Shown one piece after another: positions 1 through 13,740 of a stretch of 64,000 nt of DNA. The stretch is taken from NCBI GenBank assembly GCA_012295275.1, contig CM022678.1, positions 13,020,001-13,084,000 on the forward strand, read 5' to 3'. Under the pieces are notes generated by a model that worked only from the letters and a program-made list of their open reading frames with translations, had not been told where the DNA came from and ran no database searches. Origin of the DNA: Chrysomallon squamiferum. Taxonomy: Eukaryota > Animalia > Mollusca. Within the stretch, counting starts at the first letter, position 1. Every line of letters begins with the position of its first letter. Made by a program: the position numbers and the translations under genes.

Positions 1-499
1 TACAGACGAAAGCACATTCACATACACTGAAACACACACACGCACACACACGCACAATCATGAAAACAACAGCAACAAAACACTAATGAAATATAATGAC
101 GGTATTAAAATATTATTATATTACCGTTAAAAAAAAAAAAAAAAAAATATATATCTATATATGAAATAAAATAATAATAATCTGCACGCTTGTTCAAGGG
201 TGGTGGGTTTTTAATTTCAAATTATATATTCATTGACGTCACAGCCTATCTCTTTAAATTCACAGAATTACTATCTGAGTTTTTAATACATTTTATGTAT
301 ATTTATTTCTCTGTACCCCGTAATAAAATAACTAAAGTTTCAAATAGCCGTATTGAAAATATAATACATAGCTTTGAACATGTTATTAAAATTTAAGAAT
401 TCATTCTTTAGTGTTGACAGACGTAAGGAAAACGGTCAGCTGAATTCATCCTCGTTCAGTGTGTTCTGTTAATTATCAGCTTTTTAATTCAGTAATTGA

Positions 500-600
500 T
501 TGTTTCTACAGCGCCGCCATGTTCTGCTCGCAGAGCCGCTCTCCCACGGTGCTCGCGAACAATGACGTCACGCTCGAACGCGATTTGGCGCGAAGTAGAT
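500..600. promoter_or_regulatory. CpG-rich promoter-like island
   Basis: Local GC/CpG spike containing YY1-type CGCCGCCATGTT (~512-523), CRE TGACGTCA (563) and E2F-type TTTGGCGCG (584). No associated CDS is visible in the window. Confidence 0.4.
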
Positions 601-1190
601 TGTGCGTCTTTTTCTAAAGAAACCGAGACACTTGACTTAACTGGAGTTTAAAGTTCATTCACGTTATTCACAATTAATACACGGCATTATCATCCGCACT
701 ATGGTATAAAACACACGCATTATGATTTACACCGTGGTCTAAAACACCAACGTCAAAAGACAACGGCAATTCTTTTGTGTTTTCTGACATGCAACGTCAA
801 CCCCCACGTCAGCTGATATCAAATGTTACAGATGGCATAAAACGACAAGGCGTTCACATTTCAGACGAATTAAAACATGTTACCTGCACAAAGACTGGCA
901 AAAAAAAAAAAAAAAAAATGTCCGTTCGGTGAGAAAAAGTAGGGGGTTGGTAAAGAAAAAAAAAATATGATATTTACACTGAGCAGGTTTGATACTTGAA
1001 GATATTTAAATAAAATGAACACACACTGATGAAGCTGTGTTCAAACTGGTTCAGACAGATCGAGTACCAGATTCAGAAAATGTTAAAATGTATTTAAAAT
1101 CAGACAAACTTGACTACACTAGATAGCAGTTTATAATGTTTTATAGTCAGAGTAACCGCAGTGCTGTCTGTAACTGTATGTGTGAATATG

Positions 1191-1306
1191 TGTATGTGTA
1201 TTTCTGTGTGTAGGTCTGTGTATGTGTATTTCTGTGTGTAGATCTGTGTATGTGTATTTCTGTGTGTAGGTCTGTGTATGTGTATTTCTGTGTGTAGGTC
1301 TGTGTA
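1191..1306. repeat. 28-bp minisatellite, ~4 copies
   Basis: Unit tgtatgtgtatttctgtgtgtaggtctg repeated in tandem. Confidence 0.9.
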
Positions 1307-2162
1307 CGTGCATTTTGCTTGCATTTGTGCTTGTGTTTTTGTGTACGTCTATATGTTTATGTGCGTGTGTATGTATGTATTGTATTCGTGTGAATATTTT
1401 ATTTTCTACATTCATGCACACACATACGCATGCATGAAACACTTAAAATAAATATGAAAATAAATAGAATTTCTCTCTTTATTCTCTTCTGAATGTTAAT
1501 TTTGCTGATACGAAGCAGCAGCTCTGTCTGTAAAACTGGAATGAACGAGTAAATATTCAGAATAACATATTTAAAAAAAATAATAATAATAAAAAATACG
1601 CACTATAAAACAACAACAAACAAGCAAAATAATAATAAAAAAAAAACGCACATACAAAAAAAACAAACAAAAAAAACGAACAAAAGACAAAAAGTAATAT
1701 TTAAAAAATGTCTACACAGTTTAAAAACTCATTTGTTATTTTCTTTCTTTCTCAAAAAAACATTTGTTATTATTTATTTATTTTTAATTTTTAGATATTG
1801 TCATTGTTGCTGATGTCTTTGTTTCAGATGTTCTACACTGGTGTTATTTAGCAGACAAATCGCTCATATATTTCTGTTGTACAGATGCATTCTGTACAGT
1901 TTGCACCATTTAAGTATATTCATAAATTTACTTGTAGATTTCCAAACCGAACTGATTTTCACGTAATTTGGTAAACTTTGTTCTGGGACATCCCGATTTC
2001 GAACTGGGATGAATGATCACGTAATTTGGTAAACTTTGTTCTGAGAAACAACTATATTAATTAAATTAGTCACGAATGTTCTTGCATAGATAAATATATT
2101 CATAATACGTAATAATAACAATAAAAATGACAAACAGCAACAACAACAACAACACCAACAAC

Positions 2163-2214
<52 letters not shown>

Positions 2215-4719
2215 CGAAAAATAATAGCTGTTTAATACTGTGACCTATTTTCAATCTTTTCTGCCCTTATTTTCAGTATTGTGAACCAATTTTATTATTT
2301 TTCATTTCATCGCAAACCTTTACACAGTCGACCCAGATTAATGAGTGAAATTATCACGCAGCTGTTTATATAACAAAACATTAAACACGTACGACGTAAA
2401 CAGAAAGCGTTAAAAACATTTACTTATTAAAAACTGGTCTTTCATTTCGAGCCTGCACGCGTTAGAACAGTGCAGAGAAGAAAAGACAGTTCTTTTGAAG
2501 ACTGAAAGAAAAACGACTTCATTGATTTTTCACTTATTTAAATTTTAGTGTGAAATATCGTCTAAACAATATAACACGCGTGACTGCGTATTGTGCAGAC
2601 TCAAGCAGTAAGTAAAATATAACAATACGTTTACCAGTTATACTTATATTTTATTAATTATTTATGTTATATGATTTATTTTATTTATTATGTGTGTGTG
2701 TTTTTATTCTCTGTTTCACTGTGTGTGTGTGTACGTGTGTGTGCTTCTGTTTGTGTGTCTGTTTTGGCAGGGTGTATATCTAGAAATGTGCATATGTGTA
2801 ATTCGTTCGTATAACAGTATATAAAAAAGTCACACACACACACACACACACACAAAATAACAGTGATATTAGTAACTGTAGTAATACTACAGGCCTTATA
2901 TAGTAATTAATGTAGTACAAGTCACAGTTGTCGCAGTAACAGTTATAATAATAGTAACAGCAGTAATAGTAGTCATAGTAACTGCAGTAATAGTAGTCAT
3001 AGTAACTGCAGTAATAGTAGTCATAGTAACAGCGGTAGTAATAGTAGTCGTAGTAGCAGTTGTAGTAATAGTAGTCGTAGTAGCAGTTGTAGAAATAGTA
3101 GTCGTTTAACAATTGTGGTAACAGCAGTGTGGTATTAGCAGCTACAGTATAGTATCTATTTTTCAGGAGTTAATTTTGAGACCACAGGCATAGACTTTCG
3201 TGTTTAAAATAGGCTCACGCACTGTGTTCATGACTGCGTGCTTGAACCGTGACTGCAGATAAAATAGATAATAGGCACAAAAGCAAAGGTCACACCGGAT
3301 ACAGAGGGCAGAGGTCAAGTGTGGCATTCCTAGAAAGAAGTCTTGGGAATGTATTTGTTTGTGTTTTCCTCTACTCACGTGCCTCACATTTCATTTTGCT
3401 TCAAGTTTTCATCTTTGTCTTGTTTTCCGTAAACAGATTAAAAATAAAGACTCTTTTTTGGTTTTGAGCGCTTTTCTTTCTTTCTATCTCTATGTTTTAA
3501 CGCATTTCTTTCTTGTACGTTTTTTTTTTTTTTTTTTTTTTAATATTTTGTTTTTGCTTTATGCATGTATTTGAATTTATTTATTTCGATCTGTGTTTTT
3601 TAAATATATTTCCTTCTCTCTATTTTTGACTTTGAATGTATTTACTTCTTTCTATCATTGGATCGGTCTTTTTTTTTTTTTTTTTAATGAATTTCTTTCT
3701 TTGTTTTTGAAAATATTTCATTCTATTTTCTTTCATTCATTATTCGTTTCATGACTAGGTATCAGAAGAAAACTTAAGAAACTGTTCTGTCTTTCTTCCT
3801 TTAAACATTGTCTTTTTCTTCATGTTTTAATATTATTATTACTTCTGCTGCATCTTCTATTACTTAGTGGTATCAAAGATCTTTTCTATTTATAAATCAA
3901 AACATTTTGTAGATACTCATTTTTACATAATAACTAAAAAGTGTTTGCTGCTGGGGGAGGGAGGGGGAGAAAAAGACGAAAAAAGAAAGAAAACGGGTAA
4001 CCGAGGTTTTTGGCTTAATCCATATTTAGACGACTGGTCACACGGTCTCTTTGAACAGTCAACACAAACAGCGCTAATCCGCGTAACAAGCCAAGTGATC
4101 AGTGTACAACGTCCATACTCCGCCAAGAAAACGAGCATAATACGGCACAAGACGAAGTACAGGGGCTTTAATGGCGCGTTTCATTAACTCTCAGAGAAAC
4201 CCATTTTATTACTACTTTATGTTCGTGTTATTTTTAATCCTCTTAATTTGTACGTTACTTATGATAATCTACTTTTTATATCAGGACCACGCATTAACGA
4301 CGATTACCGTAAACTGACGGTAAGGCCCGAATAGAATAGATTCAAGTGTAATAGTTAATACCCGTAATTAAGCTAACTAACCCGCACCAGTCGACTGTTG
4401 GAAATCTCTCAGTGCATTGTTGTCGTCCGCTCGACCGTCCGTCCGTACATAATTTGACATGAAAAGAACGAGTGAAATGAAAAAAATCCGTTTACAATGG
4501 ATGATTGACAGATTCTGTTGACACACCTTCTTACCTTTCTTTAGCAGGTTATGTTTTCACGAGCCTATGAATTACGGGCAAATGTCCGACATATCCAGGT
4601 TTCCTTTATACAGAGGTGTTGATTAGTATATAAAATTAATATGTGTAATATCCCAATTAAGACAGCGATGTGTTAGATGTTATCTCTTGCATATCGGCAG
4701 TTTAATAAACAAACAACAA

Positions 4720-4757
<38 letters not shown>

Positions 4758-6859
4758 AATAAATAAAATAAAATAAAATAAAAGTAGAAAAAAACAACAA
4801 CAAAAAAACATAAACAAAACAAAAATAAATAAATAAATAGTAACAATAAAAAACTGAAATAGTAATAAAAATTACTTTAATAATAATAAATAAAAGTAAA
4901 AGATAAAAAGTAAAACAAATAAAAAACTGCTGACATCAAGACCGCCAGACGAGATTATCGATATTTATAAAAAAATAATTTCATTTTTAAAAAACGATTC
5001 CTCGATTATGACGAGGTTGAGAACTATGGTTTGTAGATTTAGAAAATTGTTATTACAGTTGTAGTTGTTGTTGTTGCTGTTGTTATTATTATTGTTATAG
5101 TTAATACTTTATTGATGTTGCTGTGTGTGTGTGTGTGTGTGTCCTAAGTATTACATGATCAGTGTCAACAAATATGGAAAAACATGAAGCTGAAACGTCT
5201 CCAGATTAATTATAATTTTTTTTTTTAAATGTATTGAAAGTAGAAAACTATCTTACATTGCTGCATCAAAAGAATGCTAATGTCTTGTGTAAATCTAGAA
5301 CCTCGAATGATAAACTTCCTATGAAACTGGGCGATGGTTTAATATTATTCTAAGAGAAAATAGAAAACGTCACATTTGTAATTTGGACAGAACTGGAGAT
5401 GAATATCATTATGTATTTGAATGTATTGATCTTTTATTATTAAATGCGAGAACAGGTATACCAAAGATATGCAAATATTATTTCATGTAATAATTTGTTT
5501 AACAGAAAAAATATATTTGTATTAAAAAACTAAGTTTGTAAATAAGAACTATGTGTGAGAGTATGTCCTCCATGTTAAACTTCCACACGTGTGCATTTTA
5601 ATTTATTTATTGTATAGCTGTAATACATTCTTCTCTGTACTGTAAGCTACAGAGAATAAAGTCAGTGTCACTGTGTGTCTGTTAGTACGTGTTTAAAACG
5701 TGCATGTGATCATTATGTTGCAGAGAAGTTATCGGGTATTATGTAAATGTTATCTTGTTTTTTTGCACGTGAGTTTGTGTGTCTTTGTATATATATTTAT
5801 ACGCGAACGTATATGTTTATGGGAATATGTGTGTTTACACATGTACAATGATACCTGGCTTTGTGTTTTTAAAGTGCAATAACCTCTACCTGTGTGTGTT
5901 GAATAAAAACATATTTCACATTGTACTCCTGTATCTATTGAAAATAAACTCCCTGAATACGTTTGTGTATATTAATTTGCTCGGGTTTATTTTCAATGAA
6001 GTTTTTATTCAAAGATAAATTATAAAATATTGAGATTTTTCGTAGCTCACTGATTTTCTTCAAGTACAATTACACGCTTGACTGCATCTGTAACAAACAG
6101 TTTTATTAGTGTATCATTTTACTGTTGACTGAATCGTTTCTGTACTTTAACCTAACGGTTCTTCTTTTTTCTTTTCTTCTTTCTTTCTTTTTTTCTTTTG
6201 TTTAATTTCTTTCGTCGTTCTTTTCATTAAATTAATTTCTTCTTAATATTTTTTTTTTTTTTTTTTTTTTTTTCTGTGTGAGTGTATATTCTGAATTTCT
6301 TTAGTGATTAATTTTTAAGGTTTTAAGAGGAGAAGTGACTGCTGTTGGCAGCAGAAGAAGAAGCAGTTGATACAATAGTAGCTGCAGAGAACAGTGGTGA
6401 TAATGGCCGTAGTAGTAGCGGTTGTTGTGACGGTAGCAGTAGTATTTGTAGAAATAATATTACTACACTATAGAAGCCATTACTGATGGTAATGATAGAT
6501 GCGTCTTAACATTAGATTATTATTATTATTAAGAGTAGTAGTAGTAGTAGTAGTAGGTAGTAGTAATAGCAGTAGTAGTTGTACTAGTAGTAGTAGTAGT
6601 TGCGGTGGTGGTAGTGATGGTAATGCTGGATGTAGTTTAATAGTAGATAAGTAGCAGCCGTAGTAGTGTAGTTGCAGTAGATGTACTAGTAGCAGTAGTT
6701 GTAGTAATAGTAACCGTTGTAGTATTGGAGTTAGTAGTATTTGGTGCAATGGTAGAAATAAAACATCGTCAAACATTCATTCTGTGTGATTCAGTCAGTC
6801 AGAGTCTCAGTCAAACATTATATTAAATATATTAATTATACTTGTAACAATTAAAAGTA

Positions 6860-7570
6860 GACTAACACGTGTAACACATATAAGTAGATTGCAACATTTA
6901 ACAGATAATAGTAGTCTGTAACACGTGTAACAAAAAAGTAGACTGTAACACGCGTAACAAATAAAAGTAGACTGTAACAAATCAAAGTACTGTAACACGT
7001 GTAACAAATAAAAGTAGACTGTAACAAATAAAAGTCCTATAACACGTGTAACAGATAGAAGTAGACTATAACACGTGTAACAGATATAAATAGACTATTA
7101 CACGTGTAACAGATAGAAGTAGACTATAACTCGTGTAACAGATAGAAATAGACTATTACACGTGTAACAAATAGAAATAGACTCTAACACGTGTAACAAA
7201 TAGAAGTAGATTCTATAACACGTGTAACAGATAGAAATAGACTATTACACGTGTAACAGATAGAAGTAGATTATAACACGTGTAACAGATAGAAGTAGTC
7301 TATAACACGTGTAACAGATAGAAGTAGATTATAACACGTGTAACAGATAGAAGTAGACTATAACACGTGTAACAGATAGAAGTAGATTATAACACGTGTA
7401 ACAGATAGAAGTAGACTATAACACGTGTAACAGATAGAAGTAGACTATAACACGTGTAACAGATAGAAGTAGTCTATAACACGTGTAACAGATAGAAGTA
7501 GATTATAACACGTGTAACAGATAGAAGTAGACTATAACACGTGTAACAGATAGAAGTAGACTATAACACG
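6860..7570. repeat. 29-bp minisatellite, >20 copies
   Basis: Unit taacacgtgtaacagatagaagtagacta, degenerate at the 5' end. Confidence 0.95.
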
Positions 7571-8651
7571 CGGAATCGTAAGAACTCTTTCCATCAGCTA
7601 AAACACAACCCCAAAAAGTACGCCAGAAAGCACGCGCTTGTTCGCGCACTCTTACATTGTTTTGTGATCGTGGACTCTCGTAATGATGAGCACACATTTC
7701 TTCGTATTTATTTCTTTTTTTTGTGTATATTTTTTTTTTTGTATTCCATGTAGTAAAACCCAGGCTATTTCTGGCGACTTTTAATCTCTTTCAAAAGCAG
7801 AGCAAACAAATATATTACCGTTAACACATTGTTGTGATATCTGGGCGTGTGTGCATTTTCCCATTTGCAAGTCACGATAATCAAGGGCAGGTCTATATTT
7901 TCTAAAAAGGGGAACATTATCACTGCTGTGAATATAATACTGAATACTTTGTGGGTACCCTAGCTCCGCCCTATCATACATGTTTTTGTTTTTTGTTTTT
8001 TTCTTCTTTTTCTCCCATAGTGAGGACAGATCATAATAGAGATTTTGATAGCGAGTCGTGAAACCATTGTTGGACCGGGAAAATAGGATGTTTCAGCTCT
8101 GGTGGGTTCGTCCCTGAATAAATCAGTTTCTTGGCACAGCTGTTGTTAACTGATCTGATAAAAGAAAGTCACTAATTACACGGGTGGTTGTTATAAGCAG
8201 GTTGTGGGCGTGTCTGTTAGAGTTATTCCTGGAATTCATTAAAATAAAATGGCAAATATAACATTAAGTGATGCTGCCAAAATTAACACGTGCTGCGAAT
8301 TACGACAAGTCGTATCTTAGTTACGACAGAACTGTTCAGTGCGTCAGTCTGAATAGACAGAACTCTTGAGTGCTGAAGACTGAAAAAGGAATTAATGAAT
8401 TAAGAAGCGAGTAAAGGAAATGATGACATACCTCGATTAAATAGAATGAATCAGCTGATAAATGTAGAAACAAAAAAAAAAATGGTCTAAATTTATTTTT
8501 ATTTAAAAAAAGCAAAAGATTATAATTGCCTGGATCTGTCTGAAGATGTGGTTCTAACTATTATTTTTTGAATGTTCCTCGATCGAGTTAATTATTAGGC
8601 TGAGGAAATTAAATTAACAGTTATTTCCCTAAATTAATATAATTAAAACAT

Positions 8652-8696
<45 letters not shown>

Positions 8697-9847
8697 TTAA
8701 GCTAAAATTATTCGTTCATAATTAGGTCCATAAAACAAATTAAGTTAGTTTCTGTAAAGGAAACAAATAAAAAAAAAAAAAAAAAAGAAAACAAATAAAA
8801 AACAAAATAAACATTCTACTGTAAAAAGAGAAATTTATTATATTAAATATTTCTGACTTAATTATGCTGAATGGTGGATGGGGGATGGCTAACAATGGCG
8901 CCAGGATCGACTGAGTTTTTATCAACAAAATATGCCAACAACTTGTTTAATATGAAGACTTAGATCCCTCCTCCCTCCCCAAGTACTTCATCAGAGTGGG
9001 TAAGGAACCGTAATGCAGCAAATGTTTTCATGCCGCAGAGATATAATGAAATTCTCTGGCACAGTTCCAAAACTGGTGCTGTTACTAGAAGGTGTTATGA
9101 CTTAGAGTATCACGGAGACTTGTGTATGTCGAAAACATGTTCATAATGCGTACAGATGCCAGGCAGGTGCATGCGTCGAAAGTTAGAAGCAGCCGGCTAA
9201 GAATGTCTTCAAGATCTCGCAAAATCTCGGAATGAAGTATCTGTCCTGCAGACAAACAAATGCCAAATTAGTATCGTCGATATCGTTATATAAATGTCAA
9301 AGGTATCCCCCCCTGACGCCGCGACCCGCCTTCTGTCTGACTGGCTGTAAATGTCGCGGGTGAAATGTTGTCTGTTTTCAGTTCCATCCGCTCGCATGAG
9401 TAAATGGCAATGACGTAATAGTGTCTAAGATAGAGTTCCATATGTAATACTCGATTTCTGAAATTCCTTCTTCTTTTTTAATGACAGATAAATATCAGTT
9501 TGTTGCTGCTGTATGAACGAAATTATATTGTATTTGTTTGTTTATCAAGAAGAATATAAGAAGGATATAAATAAATAAATAACAACGAATCAATAAAGCA
9601 ATAACAATAGTAATACTAGTTTTAGTCGTAATAGCAGCAGTAATATTAGACGTAGTCGTAGTAGATGCAATAGTAATACTAGTCGCAGTCGTTGTAATAG
9701 CAATGGTAATATTAGTCGCAGTCGTGGCAGTAGCAGTAGTAATATTATTCGTAATAGTAATGTTTTAGTCTTAGTCACAGTGGCAGCATTAGTAATATTA
9801 GTCGTAGTAATAGAAGTAGTATTATTAGTCGCAGTAGTAGTATGAGG

Positions 9848-10325
9848 AGTAGTAATATCACAGCAGTAGCATTATTAATATCGGTAGCAGTAGTAATATC
9901 ACAGTAGTAGCATTATTAATATCGTTAGCAGTAGTAATATCACAGCAGTAGCATTATTAATATCGGTAGCAGTAGTAATATCACAGCAGTAGCATTATTA
10001 ATATCGGTAGCAGTAGTAATATCACAGTAGTAGCATTATTAATATCGGTAGCAGTAGTAATATCACAGCAGTAGCATTATTAATATCGGTAGCAGTAGTA
10101 ATATCAAGTAGTCGGTAGCAGTAGTAATATCAGTAGTAGCATTATTAATATTGGTAGCAGTAGCAGTAGTAGCATTATTAATATTGGTAGCAGTAGTAAT
10201 ATCACAGTAGTAGCATTATTAATATCGGTAGCAGTAGTAATATCACAGTAGTAGCATTATTAATATCGGTAGCAGTAGTAATATCACAGTAGTAGCATTA
10301 TTAATATCGGTAGCAGTAGTAATAT
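9848..10325. repeat. 41-bp minisatellite, ~11 copies, embedded in (AGT)n-like low-complexity sequence
   Basis: Unit cagtagtaatatcacagtagtagcattattaatatcggtag, period 41 (e.g. 9961 and 10002). Confidence 0.92.
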
Positions 10326-10954
10326 TAGTTGTAACTATCGAAGTTTTGGCAGTAGGTCGTAGTCGTAGTAAGTGTCTGGAAGTATTAGTGCTGTGTAAAC
10401 CACAGTATTAGACCTAGCAGTAGCAGTTGTAGTATTAGTCGTAATAGTACAATAAAGTACCTGTATTCATAGCGAGAAATATCTATCAGTCAATCAGTTT
10501 GTTAAAAGTGTGGAACACATTACATCTACTCACAGTCACTTTTCAGGTTTAAGGAAGAGGATGTATCAACAATAAACTTTTCAGTTTAATTCTGTTTACT
10601 ATATCAGAACTGGAGTCATCGACGTTTATTTACATAGTTTAACCTGTTTCAGATTTCAAGTCACGTGACCATTAATTACAGTCCGGTCATGTAATTAGTT
10701 ACTAATTTCTTCACGTATTAAAAACTCATCTAAGCTACAAAGTAATCACGACACACATTTACAACATGGCGGCCACATGGTGACCGATCACCAAGTGTTT
10801 GATCCGCTTTCAACGAGACTGCAACATTACACAACCCGAGCACCAGTCGTCTTCCCCCGCTAAGCTACATGGGAAGCCTTGCTTTAATCACCGCGTGACG
10901 TCCGTGCAGCCGTCTGTCTGTACGCGACTCTGACCGGCTCCTGAGACCAGCAGG

Positions 10955-10968
10955 GCGCCCCCTGGCAG
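10955..10968 (-). promoter_or_regulatory. CTCF-like site
   Basis: The reverse complement reads CTGCCAGGGGGCGC. It lies inside a GC-rich island. Confidence 0.5.
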
Positions 10969-11149
10969 CTGTTAGCGCGTGCTTTAACCCAGACGCCACA
11001 CTGACACTGCGAGTATGTAACTAAATGAATGTAGAAGTGACCGCCAGTGAAGAAAAATGACTCAGTTTTCGAAAGAGAAAACGTTTTTCTTTGCAAGAAA
11101 CCAGGCGTACAGACAAATAAATTAGCAATAAATTTTACTAGCGTGAAAA

Positions 11150-13740
11150 ACAAATTGTATGCATACTGAGACAGGAGTTAGTAAATAACAAACTATGTAT
11201 ACTGAGACAGGAATTAGTAAATAACAAACTGTATGTATACTGAGACAGGAATTAGTAAATAACAAACTGTATGTATACTGAGACAGGAATTAGTAAATAA
11301 CAAACTGTGTATACTGAGACACTAATTAGTAAATAACAAACTGTATGTATACTGAGAAACTAATTAGTAAATAACAAACTGTATGTATACTGAGACAGGA
11401 ATTAGTAAATAACAAACTGTGTATACTGAGACACGAATTAATAAATAACAAACTGTGTATACTGAGACACGAATTAGTAAATAACAAACTGTGTATACTG
11501 AGATAGGAATTAGTAAATAACAAACTGTGTATACTGAGACACGAATTAATAAATAACAAACTGTGTATACTGAGACACGAATTAGTAAATAACAAACTGT
11601 GTATACTGAGACACGAATTAGTAAATAACAAACTGTGTATACTGAGACAGGAATTAGTAAATAACAAACTGTATGTATACTGAGACAGGAATTAGTAAAT
11701 AACAAACTGTGTATACTGAGACACGAATTAATAAATAACAAACTGTATATACTGAGACACGAATTAGTAAATAACAAACTGTGTATACTGAGACACGAAT
11801 TAGTAAATAACAAACTGTGTATACTGAGAGACACAAACTAATTGAGACAGGAATTAAATAACAAACTGTGTGTATACTGAGAAACTAATTAGTAAACTAA
11901 TTAGTAAATAAACTGTATGTATACTGAGAAACGAATTAGTAAATAACAAACTGTGTATACTGAGACAGGAATTAGTAAATAACAAACTGTGTATACTGAG
12001 ACAGGAATTAGTAAATAACAAACTGTGTATACTGAGACAGGAATTAGTAAATAACAAACTGTGTATACTGAGACAGGAATTAGTAAATAACAAACTGTAT
12101 ATATGTATACTGAGAAACTGTATGAATTAGTAAATAACAAACTGTGTATACTGAGACAGGAATTAGTAAATAACAAACTGTGTATACTGAGACAGGAATT
12201 AGTAAATAACAAACTGTGTATACTGAGACAGGAATTAGTAAATAACAAACTGTGTATACTGAGACAGGAATTAGTAAATAACAAACTGTGTATACTGAGA
12301 CAGGAATTAGTAAATAACAAACTGTGTATACTGAGACAGGAATTAGTAAATAACAAACTGTGTATACTGAGACAGGAATTAGTAAATAACAAACTGTGTA
12401 TACTGAGACAGGAATTAGTAAATAACAAACTGTGTATACTGAGACAGGAATTAGTAAATAACAAACTGTGTATACTGAGACAGGAATTAGTAAATAACAA
12501 ACTGTGTATACTGAGACAGGAATTAGTAAATAACAAACTGTGTATACTGAGACACGAATTAATAAATAACAAACTGTATATACTGAGACACGAATTAGTA
12601 AATAACAAACTGTGTATACTGAGACAGGAATTAGTAAATAACAAACTGTGTATACTGAGACAGGAATTAGTAAATAACAAACTGTGTATACTGAGACAGG
12701 AATTAGTAAATAACAAACTGTGTATACTGAGACACTAATTAGTAAATAACAAACTGTGTATACTGAGACAGGAATTAGTAAATAACAAACTGTGTATACT
12801 GAGACAGGAATTAGTAAATAACAAACTGTGTATACTGAGACAGGAATTAATAAATAACAAACTGTGTATACTGAGACAGGAATTAGTAAATAACAAACTG
12901 TGTATACTGAGACAGGAATTAGTAAATAACAAATTGTATGTATACTGAGACAGGAATTAGTAAATAACAAACTGTATGTATACTGAGACAGGAATTAGTA
13001 AATAACAAACTGTATGTATACTGAGACACTAATTAGTAAATAACAAACTGTATATATACTGAGAAACTAATTAGTAAATAACAAACTGTATGTATACTGA
13101 GACAGGAATTACTAAATAACAAACTGTATGTATACTGAGAAACTAATTAGTAAATAACAAACTGTATGTATACTGAGAAACTAATTAGTAAATAACAAAC
13201 TGTATGTATACTGAGACAGGAATTAGTAAATAACAAACTGTATATATACTGAGAAACTAATTAGTAAATAACAAACTGTATGTATACTGAGATATGAATT
13301 AGTAAATAACAAATTGTATGTATACTGAGAAACTAATTAGTAAATAACAAATTGTATGTATACTGAGACACGAATTAGTAAATAACAAACTGTGTATACT
13401 GAGACACGAATTAGTAAATAACAAACTGTATGTATACTGAGACACGAATTAGTAAATAACAAACTATATGTATACTGAGACACGAATTAGTAAATAACAA
13501 ACTGTATGTATACTGAGAAACTAATTAGTAAATAACAAACTGTATGTATACTGAGAAACTAATTAGTAAATAACAAATTGTATGTATACTGAGACACGAA
13601 TTAGTAAATAACAAACTGTATGTATACTGAGACACGAATTAGTAAATAACAAACTGTGTATACTGAGAAACTAATTAGTAAATAACAAACTGTATGTATA
13701 CTGAGACACGAATTAGTAAATAACAAACTGTATGAGACAG
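11150..13740. repeat. 36/38-bp satellite array, ~2.6 kb, ~70 copies
   Basis: Unit aattagtaaataacaaactgtgtatactgagacagg with a homogeneous core at 12125-12930. It explains all the 12-aa-periodic ORFs. Confidence 0.97.

Noticed and set aside
11326-12970. Long ORFs (up to 296 aa) with 12-aa periodicity that could be mistaken for LRR or repeat proteins
   Set aside because: They are translations of a 36-bp DNA satellite, open on both strands, interrupted by 2-bp indel variants and lacking splice or start context.
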